Under the pieces are notes generated by a model, which saw only the letters and a list, made by a program, of their open reading frames with translations, had not been told where the DNA came from and made no database searches. Of a DNA stretch of 64,000 nt, positions 15,781 to 27,980 are shown piece by piece; within the stretch, counting starts at the first letter, position 1, and each line of letters starts with the position of its first letter. A program made the position numbers and the translations under genes. Origin of the DNA: the human T2T-CHM13v2.0 reference genome, Homo sapiens; assembly GCF_009914755.1 (NCBI RefSeq), contig NC_060927.1; one strand, written 5' to 3'.

Positions 15781-16124
15781 GCCTCTATTCACTTGAGGAC
15801 TGCAGACAGCATGACTCTAATCCTGAATTTGTTTTGATGTAAATAAAATAAAAGTGATTATATCAATAAGGATGCTTTTGTTTAAATATTTTAAATCCTA
15901 GTTATCTTAAGATGTTCAACTCACAGCTACAAAGCTGTGTGAGTCCATGATTCTTCAGTGAAATTACATGAAGGCCACAAGTGGTACAGGAGATTGCAAC
16001 AAACTGCACATTTATACGTGACTTAGGCAACTTTTTCTCATATTGAGCAAAGTCTAAATTGCTCAATTTTAAGTTAAAACTAGGTGACTGTCATTTCTAA
16101 AGTTTCTATATCCTGACTTTTTCT

Positions 16125-16330
16125 TTTTCATTTTATTTATTTTTTAAATTCAAGTTTTATTTTAGATTCAGGGAGTACATGTGCAGGTTTGTTACATGAG
16201 TATATTGCTTGATGCTAAGGTTTGGGGTACAAATGATCGCCTATGCAGGTAGTGATCATAGTACCCAACAGTTAGTTTTTCAACCCTTTCCCCGCTCCCT
16301 CATGCTATAGTAATCCCCAATGTCTATTTC
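16125..16330 (-). mobile_element. L1PA15/16-like 3' end fragment
   Basis: ttttattttagattcagggagtacatgtgcaggtttgttacatgagtatattg...atagtacccaacagttagtttttcaaccct. Confidence 0.85.
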
Positions 16331-16554
16331 CTCATAGCAATGGTCATACCTGATCAACACTGAAAAGTTGGAAAACACAAATGTTTCTCCTTTCCCTTGT
16401 TTCTTCTCACCCTTTGTTTCTCCCAGGGGTACACAGCAAAGACAAGGAGAACGTCAAAATCTAGACGATCTAGGAAACCCAAGGGAAAAAAAGGATTGAG
16501 GTTTTCAAATGTGCTCGTCAATTGCTATAGACTGGGCAGTGGTGTGAAGAGAAG

Positions 16555-17140
16555 CAGTTGGCATGTCTGTATTTTCAGAGCAAGTCTCATAGTAGCACCT
16601 TCCTCTGTTGTTTTTCCTTAAGTTTTCCAGCTCTTTCTTCTTATGTAAATATATAAGTCCCACACCCCATTTCATGCTTTATTATTCCCAAATAGCAAAT
16701 GCATTAGGCCCTTTGATTCATCTGTGGAGAATGCATTTTGAAGCAAAGCTTAATACCCTAAAATGGTTAGTTCATGGGGTTTTAATTTTAGGAATATCAG
16801 AAAAATATTAATTCATAGTCTTCAGTTGGCACAAAAACTCAACAGATCTCCTCATGGAAAATGCCCCCTCCTGTCCTTTGCTCAGAAGTGTGCAGGAGAC
16901 TTAATGGAAATCAAAAGCCCTTGTAAGATGTGTGTGTTGCCCTGCTGGCTCCCTGGACCACGGTCTTGAAGAAAATTGTCTCCATAAGGGAAGCAAGTCT
17001 TCCTTGAGGTCTTTTGGTGGCCAGCCAAAAGAAACCTTATGCCATCTCTGGGTCTTTCAAAATGCTTTTATTAGAGACACAGTTTTAGTCCCATGGCCAA
17101 GGGAAGGCCTGAAGACCCCAAGTTTCTGCATTTTACTTTC
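16555..17140 (+). mobile_element. Putative decayed CACTA/EnSpm (CMC)-like transposase fragment
   Basis: Translation ISPTPHFMLYYSQIANALGPLIHLWRMHFEAKLNTLK, then after a frameshift NFRNIRKIL, resembles the recalled animal EnSpm motif TPKxHFxxHYxxxIxxxGPLxxxWxMRFEAKHxxFK...NFKNIxKTL. Confidence 0.6.
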
Positions 17141-18267
17141 TGCCCTGATTAGAACATCCTGATTAGTCAGATTATTTTGTAAAAATAGGATAGTCAGATC
17201 CACATCACAGAAATATTAACTTAAAATAGATAATGATTCATTAAAACTGCATAGTGCTAATGATAATTTGTAACTATTATTAACCAATGTGCAATTTTTC
17301 CCTCTATCTGCATAAGCATAACTTTTAAGCAACTAATCTTAGCAGAAAAAATAGTTTCATAGTAAAGGGATAGTTGGAAAATAATTACTGAAAAACAAAG
17401 CAAACCAAAAAACAGAAGGAATGTTACTGCTTCTCTAAATGTTCTCGATGTAAAATTAAATTAAATTTCACCAACAAAAATCCTAATAAACAAATTTGGG
17501 AGAAAAAACAGCAAACACTTTTAGTAAGTTAGATGTCTTTCAATTACTTTAAAAAATGTTTTCTATATGATCTTATCACTCAATATAATGCCCCACTTGG
17601 CTATCAACTATAGAAATAGGATTCCTTAAATGCTTCCTGGCAAAAATCAGGGCTCAGCCTGTTTTAGAACTCATCCTAAGGTTGGTCTAGGTAAGAGCAA
17701 TTTGAAAGAACTAGTTCATTATCTTAAGTACTTAATGCTCTGACCTTGGACTCACTTTCTAGCAAATGCCCTTCTATCTTGTTTCTATAACCAGGCCTCT
17801 ACTTAGAACCCCTGAGCTGGGCCCTGACTCCATGCGTTCTACTGTATTCTTGACTCCATACCCTGCTTGGTTCTCCCCAATTATCTGAGGCCCTGGAGGC
17901 TTGTTCCTGAATGTCAGCCTGGAGATCGGGGCCAGCCACCTGCTTCCTCTTTTGCCTCATGCTCCCACCTGAATCTCCATGTAGTTCCTAGTCTGGAAAC
18001 CTCTGTTCGTCTTTGAGAACCTACCTCTTGCTGTACCACCTGATGTTGCTGTCTAATCAGACTATCACCTGTTTAAGTCTCCATTCTCTCTGAACATTGT
18101 GGCCCGTCCAGCTAGACTTTTTCCAAGTGCCTGAATCATTCCAAAGGCATATAGGCTTTCCAGATCCTCTCTGCCCTGCCTGGCCAAACTCTAAGCTATC
18201 CACCAACCTCCAGTCCTAGCATTGATTTCTTAAGTTTTATATTTTAATATTTATTTATTTATTTTCT

Positions 18268-18566
18268 AGGGATGGGGTCTTGCTACATTTCCCAGACTAA
18301 AGTACAGTGGCTATTCACAGGTGCAATCCCACTACTGATCAGTATGAAAGTTTTGACCCACTCTCCTTCTGACCTGAGCCATTTCACCCCGCCTGAGGCA
18401 ACCTGATGGTCCCGCCTCCCAGTAGGTCACCATATTGATGCCTAACTTAGTGCATAGCACAGGATCAGCATAGCACACTGCAGCTCAGAACTCCTGGGCT
18501 CAAGAAATCCTCCCTCTTCAGCCTCCCGAGTAGCTGGGACTACAGGCACACACCATAACACCTGGC
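18268..18566 (-). pseudogene. RN7SL pseudogene: 7SL (SRP) RNA retropseudogene, full length
   Basis: Alu-like ends plus the S domain absent from Alus (ctattcacaggtgcaatcccactactgatcag; ggtcaccatattgatgcctaacttagtgc); T-rich tail at about 18250-18267; degenerate TSD atattttaat. Confidence 0.93.
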
Positions 18567-19189
18567 ATATTTTAATTTTTTTTTTGTATATCTCTAGCAG
18601 TATTTCAAAGCTCTACCTGTTCTTATTTTATAAATTGCCACAAGTTATCTGTTCTTGGGGCTGAGTTATTAGGAGAGCCCCAAATATGGGAAAAGCAACA
18701 AAGGTGAATGAGGACAGAAAAGCTATGAGAGAGGTGCTGAGGAAAGGGAGCTGTACCAGGGTGACAGAGGAACAAGCAGGAGGCCAGAGGATTATGTTAA
18801 CTGAAAGGAAAAGCTGAGATTCCAGAATGAGGCAGGCTTCTTGGGGCGAGAAGGGAGGCCAGGAGGAGAGATCTTTTGAATCGGAATGGAGTAGGAATCT
18901 GTCTCTTTCATTGCCTTAGAATCCTGGTAATGACAGACATTTCTACATTAGAGGCCAGGCACTTGATAGGAAGCTATGTAGAACTAATGGAGGTTTTATT
19001 GTTGTATTTGTTCCCTCAATGCCAATTTCCACTGCAAATTAGGTGTTTTTTCCCCCCATTTCACAGGTGAAAGTACATAGTCTCCAAAATGTAGATAAAA
19101 ACTGGCAATGTTTGAAGAAATAATTACGTGACTTTCAATTTCTTCAGCTTCTAAGAAAAATAACCAGAAGTCAGAATAATGGTGGTTAG

Positions 19190-19530
19190 ATCCAAACTCT
19201 AGTCCAATTCCTGTCTGATCTCATAGAAGCCGTTTAACCTCTCTGAGCCTGAACTTCTCCATCTATAAAAAAAATTAGTGCTAAAATATGTCTTACTGCA
19301 CTGCAGAGTTCTTGTAAAGCTACAAAATAAAAGCCATCATTCATCAAATTCTTACCCTGGGCCAGACTTCAAACTCCCTGATTTAGGAATGTTAGCTCAT
19401 CAATCCTCACGACAGTCCTGTAAGATAAAAATCCATTTTCCAGGTGGAAAAACCGAGGCTTCCAAAGGTTCAGCAATTTGCCGTTATAACTTTAATCTAC
19501 ACTTACCTGATTCCGAAGCCCTTTCTTTTA
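19190..19530. mobile_element. Two MIR fragments in opposite orientation
   Basis: ttaacctctctgagcctgaacttctccatctataaa (+) and tccattttccaggtggaaaaaccgaggct (-). Confidence 0.6.
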
Positions 19531-19744
19531 ACTAGGTGCTAAACTGTGGGAAAGGATTAGCAACTGTAACTCATATGTAAGCACATGAAAGGAAATATTA
19601 ATAAGAACCCTGTCTTCCCTGCAGCATGCCTTGCTTATGTGAATCAGGCAGTGGGCTTCTTGTCACCATTATTTTCACTGCAGAAGAAAAAACAAGACAA
19701 CTGTTAAAAAAAATTAAACAATACAAAAGTATAAAGAGTAAAAA

Positions 19745-20105
19745 CTTCATTGAATGCATAGAAGCAGAGAGTAGAATGGTGGTTTCCAGGGGCAGGGGAG
19801 GAGGAGAGAAGGGAGATGGGAACATGCTGGTCAAAGGATACAAATTTTCAGTTAGACAGGATGAATAAACTTTGAGCATGTATTATATAATATGGTGACT
19901 ACAGTTAATAATAACTTATTGTAGACTTGAAAATTTCTCAGAGAATAGATTTTAAATGTTCTCATGACAAAAAAAAATAAGTATGTGAGGTGATGAACAT
20001 GTTACTTAGTTTTATTTCACAATGTATACTACATATATCAAAGCATGTTGTTGTACATTGTAAATATATATGATTTTAGTTTGTCAATTATACCTTAATC
20101 TGGGA
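19745..20105 (+). mobile_element. L1MA-like 3' UTR fragment
   Basis: catagaagcagagagtagaatggtggtttccagggg...ggtcaaaggatacaaattttcagttagacaggatgaataa. Confidence 0.85.
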
Positions 20106-20118
20106 GAAACAGAAAAAA

Positions 20119-20119
20119 C

Positions 20120-20168
<49 letters not shown>
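20119..20168. repeat. (CT)n(CA)n compound microsatellite
   Basis: Seen directly. Confidence 0.95.
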
Positions 20169-20171
<3 letters not shown>

Positions 20172-20446
20172 TGCAACCTGCTAATCTCAATTTTGCTTTT
20201 CCACATACTACACATATACATACAAAGCATGGCTTTCACAAATACAATTACACTACATGTATTATTCTGAGATTTGCCTGTTTTTCACTCATCAGTGGCC
20301 CTCTTTCCATTTATAGATCTATCTCATTCTTATTAATGGCTGCATAGTGTGATGTATCATATTTATCATCCTAATATTGAGGAACTCTTAGTATGTTTCC
20401 AATTGTTATTATAAGAAATGTTATAATGAGCACCATTATATGTATA

Positions 20447-20767
20447 CAGTCATGCACTGCATAACATTTCAGTGAACAGAACACATATGCAATTATGAGT
20501 ATAATACTGTATGTTTACCATGCCTTTTCCATGTTTAGATACACAAATACCATTGTGTTAGAAATGCCTACAGTACTCAGTACGGTAACATGCTGTATCA
20601 GTTTGTAGCCTAGGAGAAATAGTCATATTTACCACATATGGCCTAGATATGCGGTAGGCTATATATCTGGGTTTGTGTACGTGTATTCTGTGATGTTTGC
20701 GTGATGCCAAATCACCTAGCAATGCATTTCTCAGAATGTATCTGCATCCTTAAGTCATGCATGACTG
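20447..20767. mobile_element. Tigger3a-like TcMar MITE
   Basis: TIRs cagtcatgca ... tgcatgactg with TA on both sides. Confidence 0.85.
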
Positions 20768-20865
20768 TATCTTTGGGTTCACATGCAAAGTATTTCTATA
20801 GAATTGTTTTTAGAAATGAATTACTGGGCCAGGTGGTTTGTACATTTTTAATTTTGATGAGTACT

Positions 20866-21145
20866 GCATGTTCTTACTTATGAATGGAAGCTAAATGGTG
20901 AGAACTTATGAGCACAAAGAAGGAAACACAGACACTGGGGTCTACTTGAGTGGGGAGAGTGAGAGGAGGGAGAGAAGCAGAAAAGATAACTATTGGGTAC
21001 TGGGTTTAATACCTGGGTGATTAAATAAAATGTAAAACAAACCCCCATGACACATGTTTACCTATGTAACAAACCCTCACATGTACCCCCAAACCTAAAA
21101 TAAAGGTTAAAAAATTAAATAAATAAATAATAGTATTATAAAAAA
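20866..21145 (+). mobile_element. L1PA16-like 5'-truncated 3' end
   Basis: gcatgttcttactta...acctatgtaacaaacc...cctaaaataaaggttaaaaaa; degenerate TSD ttttgatgagta / ttttgatgggta. Confidence 0.85.
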
Positions 21146-22479
21146 ATTTTTGATGGGTATCACATCAATCTATATTTCACCAGAGTGTATGGGCGTATCC
21201 TTTTCTCCACATCTTCATGGATACTAGATATGAGCAGGCTTTTAAATTTCTGCTAGTTTGATGGATAGAAAATGGTAACTTGCTCTTACTTGCATTTCCC
21301 TGAGTGCTAGTGAGATTATGCATTTATGTTTACTGCCTAGTTTGATTTCATCTTCCAAGAATGAACTTCCTCTCCATATCCTTTGCTCAATTTTCTCTTG
21401 AAATATTTTTTCTTTTTATTGTTGGATTTATAGGAGAACTTACATATTGTGGCTATTACTCTTTTGAATATTGTATGAATTGCAGATATGTTCTTCCAGC
21501 CTCTTTTTTGTATTTTAACTTTTTAGAAATGGATCTTTATAGAAAAGATTTTTATTTGCATGTAAACTTGTCAATTCTTTCATTTATGATTTGGCAGTTT
21601 TATGTTTTGCTTAGAAATGTCTTCCCTAGTTATAGATCACAAAAAAAATTCTCTTGTATTTTCTTCTAGGATTTTTCTGGTGTTAACTTGGTAGCACTCT
21701 TTTTCATTTGTTTATTTGTTACATTAAATCATTAATCCTTCTGGACTTCCTTGTGAACAGTAAAGACGTAATTGCCTTTTTTTTTTTTTCCCAAATGGGC
21801 AATCAATAGTACATCTATTACACTGATTTAAAATGTGTTTTTATCATAAATACATTCCGATCTGTATATTGAACTTGTTCTAGACTTTGTATTCTGCTCC
21901 ATTGATTGTTTTGTTTATTCCTGCATGAATACCCCTTTGCATTTTAGCATATCTTCACTAGCACATCTTCATAATATTCTTTGCTCCTGGTAAGGCAAAT
22001 CTCCAAACATGTTGTCTTCCTAAATTTTCTTAGCTATTATAAGTAATAATGCCAAGGTGCCCATATACATCCTACATGCCCATTTAGTTTTGGAGCTTTG
22101 CCAAATTCATTTTTAAAATTGTGCTGCTTTTGATGAGAACATCATTAATGCATATCATGCCAAAACTGAAAAAAGAAAAAAAAACACGACTCTTTTGAAT
22201 CTACCTAAAGTAGCAAATTCAAGCATTACATCATCATGGTAAAGTCATTTATATCCCTGATTGAGTGATCCAGAGAACTCCAGTCCTCTACATCTTTCCC
22301 CCTTTTCCCAATCATATGATAAGAGATAGATGTTTCCCAAATCTTGTTCCTTTGGAGAAGAAGAAAACTGATTAAAAATCCTGATTTTTCATACAAGATA
22401 ATATAACACACTGGCCATATAATTTGGAACATTATTTAAAAATAATGATATATAATAGACATATTTAAGTAATTAGAGC

Positions 22480-22700
22480 CAGAGTAGTCCAGTGATTTAA
22501 ATTATGGGCTTTAGAATCAGACAATTGAATTCAAATCCTAAATAGTGGTATTTAACTTCTCTGGAGACTTGATTTCCTCATCTACCTAAGGTTTAAATTG
22601 CCCACTTAATCATTTGTATGGATTAAAAATATTATGTACAAATCATTTACATATTGCATCACTTAGGAGGTACCTAATAAATTGTGATTGTTATTGCTAA
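22480..22700 (+). mobile_element. MIR SINE
   Basis: atgggctttagaatcagac...ttcaaatcct...tttcctcatct. Confidence 0.65.
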
Positions 22701-25700
22701 TAGGTTTTTCTGTTGTATATCTTGCATGCATATAGCAGTTTTTTCAAAGCGCTTTCATAGATCTTTTCTCTTCGTGTTCCTTTTACAGGTGAAATATGGG
22801 CAGAGGGACACTAAAAGGGAGGGCTGCTGGCAATTGTTCATTGCTATTGAAGGAAGCGAGGGTGAGCTTGAGAAAGCACTGTACACTGAGGAATCTCAAG
22901 GACTCAGCTTCCTTCTGCACCCCTAGTCAAGATCCGAGAGGCAGAGCTTCTGTGAGAGCATTTGAGTGCTAGAAATTTATAAGGTTTTTATAAGATTATC
23001 CACTTAAAATAGACCATATTTAATCCCATTTAGGATCTGGTTTAGATGAGCTTTTCTATATAACCATTGTGAATGAAAAGTACTATCAAAATTCTATCTT
23101 CCCCCTTACATTTGCACAAAATCAGTGGGAAATAAAGATGCATTTACATTTTGCACCATTTATTTGATCTTCCTTTTAGCCCAATAAGTTATATATTAAA
23201 AAATCCTCAGTGCGTCTAAATTGCTTACCTGCTAAATTAGCCAATTGCTTGCAATATGCAAACTTTTTTGTAGGTGCCACTTAGGAGTAAGACTAAACGG
23301 CCAGCTGATGCTTTCAGTTCAAGCAGTGAACAACTGTATTTTTTTAACATTGTAAAAAAAATTCATTTACTATCTATTTGCTAAGAATGACTTGCCTAGA
23401 TATTTTCTTTGTACCTCTAGAGCATGGGTCAATGTGCTCTGGTACGTATGCAAGTTAGCATAGAATAACAAGGGCAATAAAAAAATAAACCTTGATTTGC
23501 TCATAATTAGGTTATTCTGGGACCGAGTCAGAGAATATGTCTTTTGGGGAGTGAGGTGCAAAAAACATGCTATGTGCCTTAATTATTGTGTATTTAAAAG
23601 TAGAGTATTACTTTCTGGGACTTAATGTCCAATAAGGATCCTTGTCTTTTGAGTCATAAGATTATATGAACACCGACATCAGATGGAAAAGGCAGAGTGA
23701 ATAATACATATTTCAGAAGTTTGCAATATAGTATTGGAATTGCATTTGAATCTATAGATCATCTGCAATCATTTGTTTTGTAGATGACAATGTAATAAAA
23801 ATACAATTTAAAGCCAATTCTTAAGTGAACAAAGCAATAACCATATTTAAATAAAAAAAGAACACTTTTTATAAAATTAATAAAAAGGTCACTTGGTACA
23901 TGCATGACCATATATTTTTATATTTTGCATTTGCAAATAATGAAAGCTCACATGGGTTGTAATAATTGTTACTAGCTTTTAATATTGGGCAAAGCACAAA
24001 TACAAAATGTACTTGAAGCTCAGCTTTAAGTAGATTATGAACATTTAATATAGAATGTTATCATAATATTCAGAGCACCAAATTGCAGACTTCTGTCACC
24101 CACTTTCAAGCATGCTTCTGAAGATCATAGTTAATTCTGCTGATTTATGGTAATGCTGCAGCATTATCGTCCACAGCATCAGAAACCACTAACAAGCTTA
24201 GTATAAGCTTGGGCTGAAATGGTTTGAGGTTTAAATTTCTGTAACGATTATAAAGTAGAAGGAATAAAATCCCACTTCAGCAAAAAAAAAAAAAAAAAAA
24301 AAGTACTGCATTTCGTCTCGGTATCACAACCATCCCCTACCTCCCAGTAGCCTTCCCCCACTGCATGAAAAAAAGTAACTTTTAATGGACTGGCATTTTA
24401 AATTTTCTACGTAGTATTTTCTAAATGGTAGTATTTCTAATTCAAATATATAATGCTCACAGTTTTTCCTTGGTGAGGAGAACTGCTCTAAAAGAGGTTT
24501 CCCCACCCCATCCTTCTAAAATGATTGCTCTTTTTAAAACAAATTCCCTTCTAGAAGCCCCTTTTTTGAACATTAATTTACATTACATTCACTCGTCTAG
24601 AAAATGGTTAGAAATCAGAACATTTTAATGGCCATTATCCTCATCTGGCCAAATGATTGTGTCGTACTTAATGTGTGGCCCTTAAGCAGATGAGGCCCAC
24701 TTATTGTCTTCTTCCCCGCTGTTGAAGTCAAAAAAGGCTCCTGGCTTGAATTAGCACAGTTAAAAAAAAAAGGTGGGGGGAAGGACCGTCTACCAAGACT
24801 GCTCCCCAAAAGATGAGTGCCTCCTTGTCAGTGAACACAATGAACAAACACTGATGGAGGCAAAAGATTTGTGGCGTCTTGAAGATGAAAAATGCAGTAA
24901 CATCAACACCATCCCTGCTGAGAGACAAAAGAGCAGCTACTCTTGTCACAAACTGATTTCCAAGAGAGTGAGCTAAAGGAACAATTCTGTGTCACACACT
25001 TGTGGCTGTAATCTCCTGCTTGGAATAGGACAGAAATAGATTCAACAAGAATTGCCTTCGTGTTTTCTACAAGAAAATCAACTCATGCCGCCCTTCAGAT
25101 CTTTAGCAAATGTCTTTTTATGAAAAAGCAAACTCTTCCCTTTGGTTTTGGGGGAAATAGCCACAATTGAAAAACAAGGGAGTGGGGAAACATATGTTCC
25201 ACAAAGGTGCTAACAGTCTGGGGTGGAGTGGGTTTGAGCTCAGGTCCACCATGAATCCGTCCTGAAAGAATCAGAGATGGTCCAGCGGCATGTACCTCCC
25301 CAAACTCTAATTTAAAATTCAACCCCCATATAAGCTGCCACTTAGGATACATGGATAACACATAGGTAAAGAAACAAGAATAATAATGTGTGTTGATTTA
25401 TTGTTTATCTCCGCATTAAGCATTAAGGAATATTTCATGACACCCGTTCTTATTTGAGAGAAAAGACTGACCAAATTTTAATATCCCTTTAGGCAAAATC
25501 TAGTTCAGAAAAAACAACTGAGATTTCTAAAATTTTTCAGTCTATAAGGGTGAATGTTTTGTATTTGGCTGGAGGAGGTGTCTCTTCAGAGTCTACACAG
25601 AAAGCATTGAACCCTGGCGATGAGGACTAGCAGTTGATGGGGTGAAGGAGAGTGAAAGAATAGAAAGTTCAAGCACAGTTAGGTTGGTGAGGAACTAAGG

Positions 25701-25999
25701 AAGGAAGGAGGTGGAAGGGTTGGAGGGATTTGGTACACAGATGGCAAGGGTACCTAGGGGAACGGAGCCTTCGTGAATCCAAATGGGCTTACCAAGACAG
25801 AGCAGTGAGATCAGCCGGGGATTTTCAGTATAAAGTGGGTGACAGGTCAAAACAAACAAACCAAAAAAGCAAACCCACGACGGAAAGTAACTCGTAATTT
25901 CAGTCCTTTTAGAACCCAGAGCTAAGCGAGGAAACCACAGGTCTCCTAAAGATTCGGGATGGCTCATCTTCTGAAGTTCAAACACTGACTCCTCACTAC

Positions 26000-26700
26000 G
26001 GCTTTCTTTTCAGGATGTCATTCTCCCGCCTCCACACTCACTACCAAACAAACATAGAAATCTACTACTGTTCTCCCCATGCACTCCATTTTCTTCCAAT
26101 CTGAGAGCCATTTGTGTGTATAATTGAAAATTAGCAGTGCAGCTGTTTGAAGAGAGTAATTTATCACAGCGCATTGTTCGTGCCTGACACTTTAGACCTG
26201 GCTCTAACAAGCCAGTGGTTACTGGGGGTTGAGCTACAGAAAGTGATTCGGCTGTAATGCTGCGTTTCCCCTGCTTTGTTGCTAATTGTAGCCTCTTTTT
26301 CTCCATTGAATTGGGAGTTGAGTAAAAGAGCTTGTTTGCTCTGTGCGGTGAGGCTGCCAGGGCCGCTTGGGCTATTATCACAAGATACTCTTGATCTTTT
26401 GAAAAGCAGGAAATAGAATTTTTCTCCAACAGGGAAAGTAATTTGCGATGCGTCCATTAGTTCTTCATTAAAGCAAGATTAAATTGCACGGCAAATCACA
26501 TCTGTGTTTGGATGATTAAAGGGTGGCATTTTAGAGGCCAAAACTAATTACTAGTCAAAATGAATGGGAGTGAAAAAACAGTCATGTTTTTACATTAGAT
26601 AGTGTGGCTTGTAATTAGATTCAAGCTAATTCCACTATTTCTTCTCTTTTAATGAGATGAGCCTGTCCTCATCTTTTTCTAGGCCATGCTAACAGCCCCA
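26000..26700. promoter_or_regulatory. Candidate conserved non-coding element or developmental enhancer
   Basis: Repeat-free, with retained CpGs, dense TAAT/ATTA sites, SOX-like CATTGT and E-boxes CAGCTG/CATCTG; inferred from composition only. Confidence 0.5.
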
Positions 26701-27201
26701 AATGTATAATTTTGATAATCCTAAGAGTTTACTTTATTGAAATTTCTTTGCTACCTGCCACAAGTGACTGTTCTCTCCAGTGGTACTTCATTACATAGAA
26801 ACACAAGCTACTCGGCAATGTAGTTTACAATATAAGTCATTCCTAGAGGAAAAAGAGTAATCTTAAATGAATATGTATAAATGTATATATGTAAGAATGT
26901 ATATTTTTAAATGTTATTGAAATTAGCCATCTCCAGAAATTTGTGCTGAACAAATCCTTCTCAGTTGGGCAACTACAAGTATTTTTAGTAATGTGGAATA
27001 AGAGTAAGATATTTGCATGCAACAGAGTGTTGAAGTGTTCTAAATTCAGTGTGCATTGGGTGTTGGTTTTTTTTTTCCTTGCTTTGTGATATAATTTTTC
27101 CTCTTATCTTCAGGATGTTTTTACCTTTTCCTATGACTAAGGCATGTTATGATGGATTCCCTTCTAGGTTCGACTTTTCTTTTTATTAAAAACACACATT
27201 A

Positions 27202-27515
27202 GGCTGGGCATGGTGGCTCACACCTATAATCCCAGCACTTTGGGAGGCCGAAGGGGGTGGATCACAAGGTCAGGAGTTCCAGACCAACCTGGCCAAGATG
27301 GTGAAACCCCCATCTCTACTAAAAATACAAAAATTACCCGGGCATGGTGGCATGAGCCTGTAATCTCAGCTACTCGGGAGGCTGAGGCAAGAGAATTGCT
27401 TGAACCAGGGCGGCAAAGGTTATAGTGAGCCAAGATGGAGCCACTGCCACTCCAGCCTTGGTGACAGAGTGAGTTCCGTCTCAAAACAAACAAACAACAA
27501 CAACAACAACAAAAA
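27202..27515 (+). mobile_element. AluS (Sg-like)
   Basis: ggatcacaaggtcaggagttc; (CAA)n tail; TSD aaaaacaca(ca)ttag. Confidence 0.93.
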
Positions 27516-27909
27516 CACATTAGAAATTAAAAGCATTGCATTAAGAAAAAGAAACAAAATCTGAGACTCTTTAAGGAATCCTTCTGATATTTCTCAAAAG
27601 TAGATTAAATTTGCTCTCAGAAGTCTGTTTTCAGTTTTTGATGGTGGGAAATGGTAATTTCTGAAGAAAACTACAGATCATATTTAGATAAGTTATTGAA
27701 GGAAAGAGAGGAGTAGACAGGCATTTACTCTGAACTAGGTGCTCTTGGACATATTGCCTTATTAGAAACATCTTAGAAGGACAAGAATCCATTTGGTTTC
27801 CGAGACATGGTATTTGAATACACCAGCTTTAGTGACCTTGGTAAAGTAGACAACACAGTTTTGCCTTTCAAGAAATTAACTGGACTTTGACATCAGAATT
27901 CCCAAATCC

Positions 27910-27980
27910 TGAAATCGTGCCACTGCACTCCAGCCTGGGTGACAGAGCAAGACTATGTCTTAAAACAAAACAAAACAAAA
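27910..27980 (+). mobile_element. Severely 5'-truncated Alu
   Basis: atcgtgccactgcactccagcctgggtgacagagcaagact plus tail; TSD AATTCCCAAATC. Confidence 0.9.

Larger units (their letters stand above)
20240..22160 (-). mobile_element. Old L1ME-like fragment with nested insertions
   Basis: T-rich antisense L1 3' motifs, for example ccttttctccacatcttca, tgcatttccctga and tatcctttgctcaattttct. Confidence 0.65.

Noticed and set aside
26010-26429. 139-aa ORF over the enhancer-like block
   Set aside because: Non-ATG start and no protein similarity; the motif content fits regulatory DNA better
14630-27120. Other + strand acceptor-like sites (about 14652, 22788, 26013, 27113) as a lncRNA exon chain
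   Set aside because: Such motifs are frequent by chance in T-rich DNA, and no convincing paired donors could be assigned
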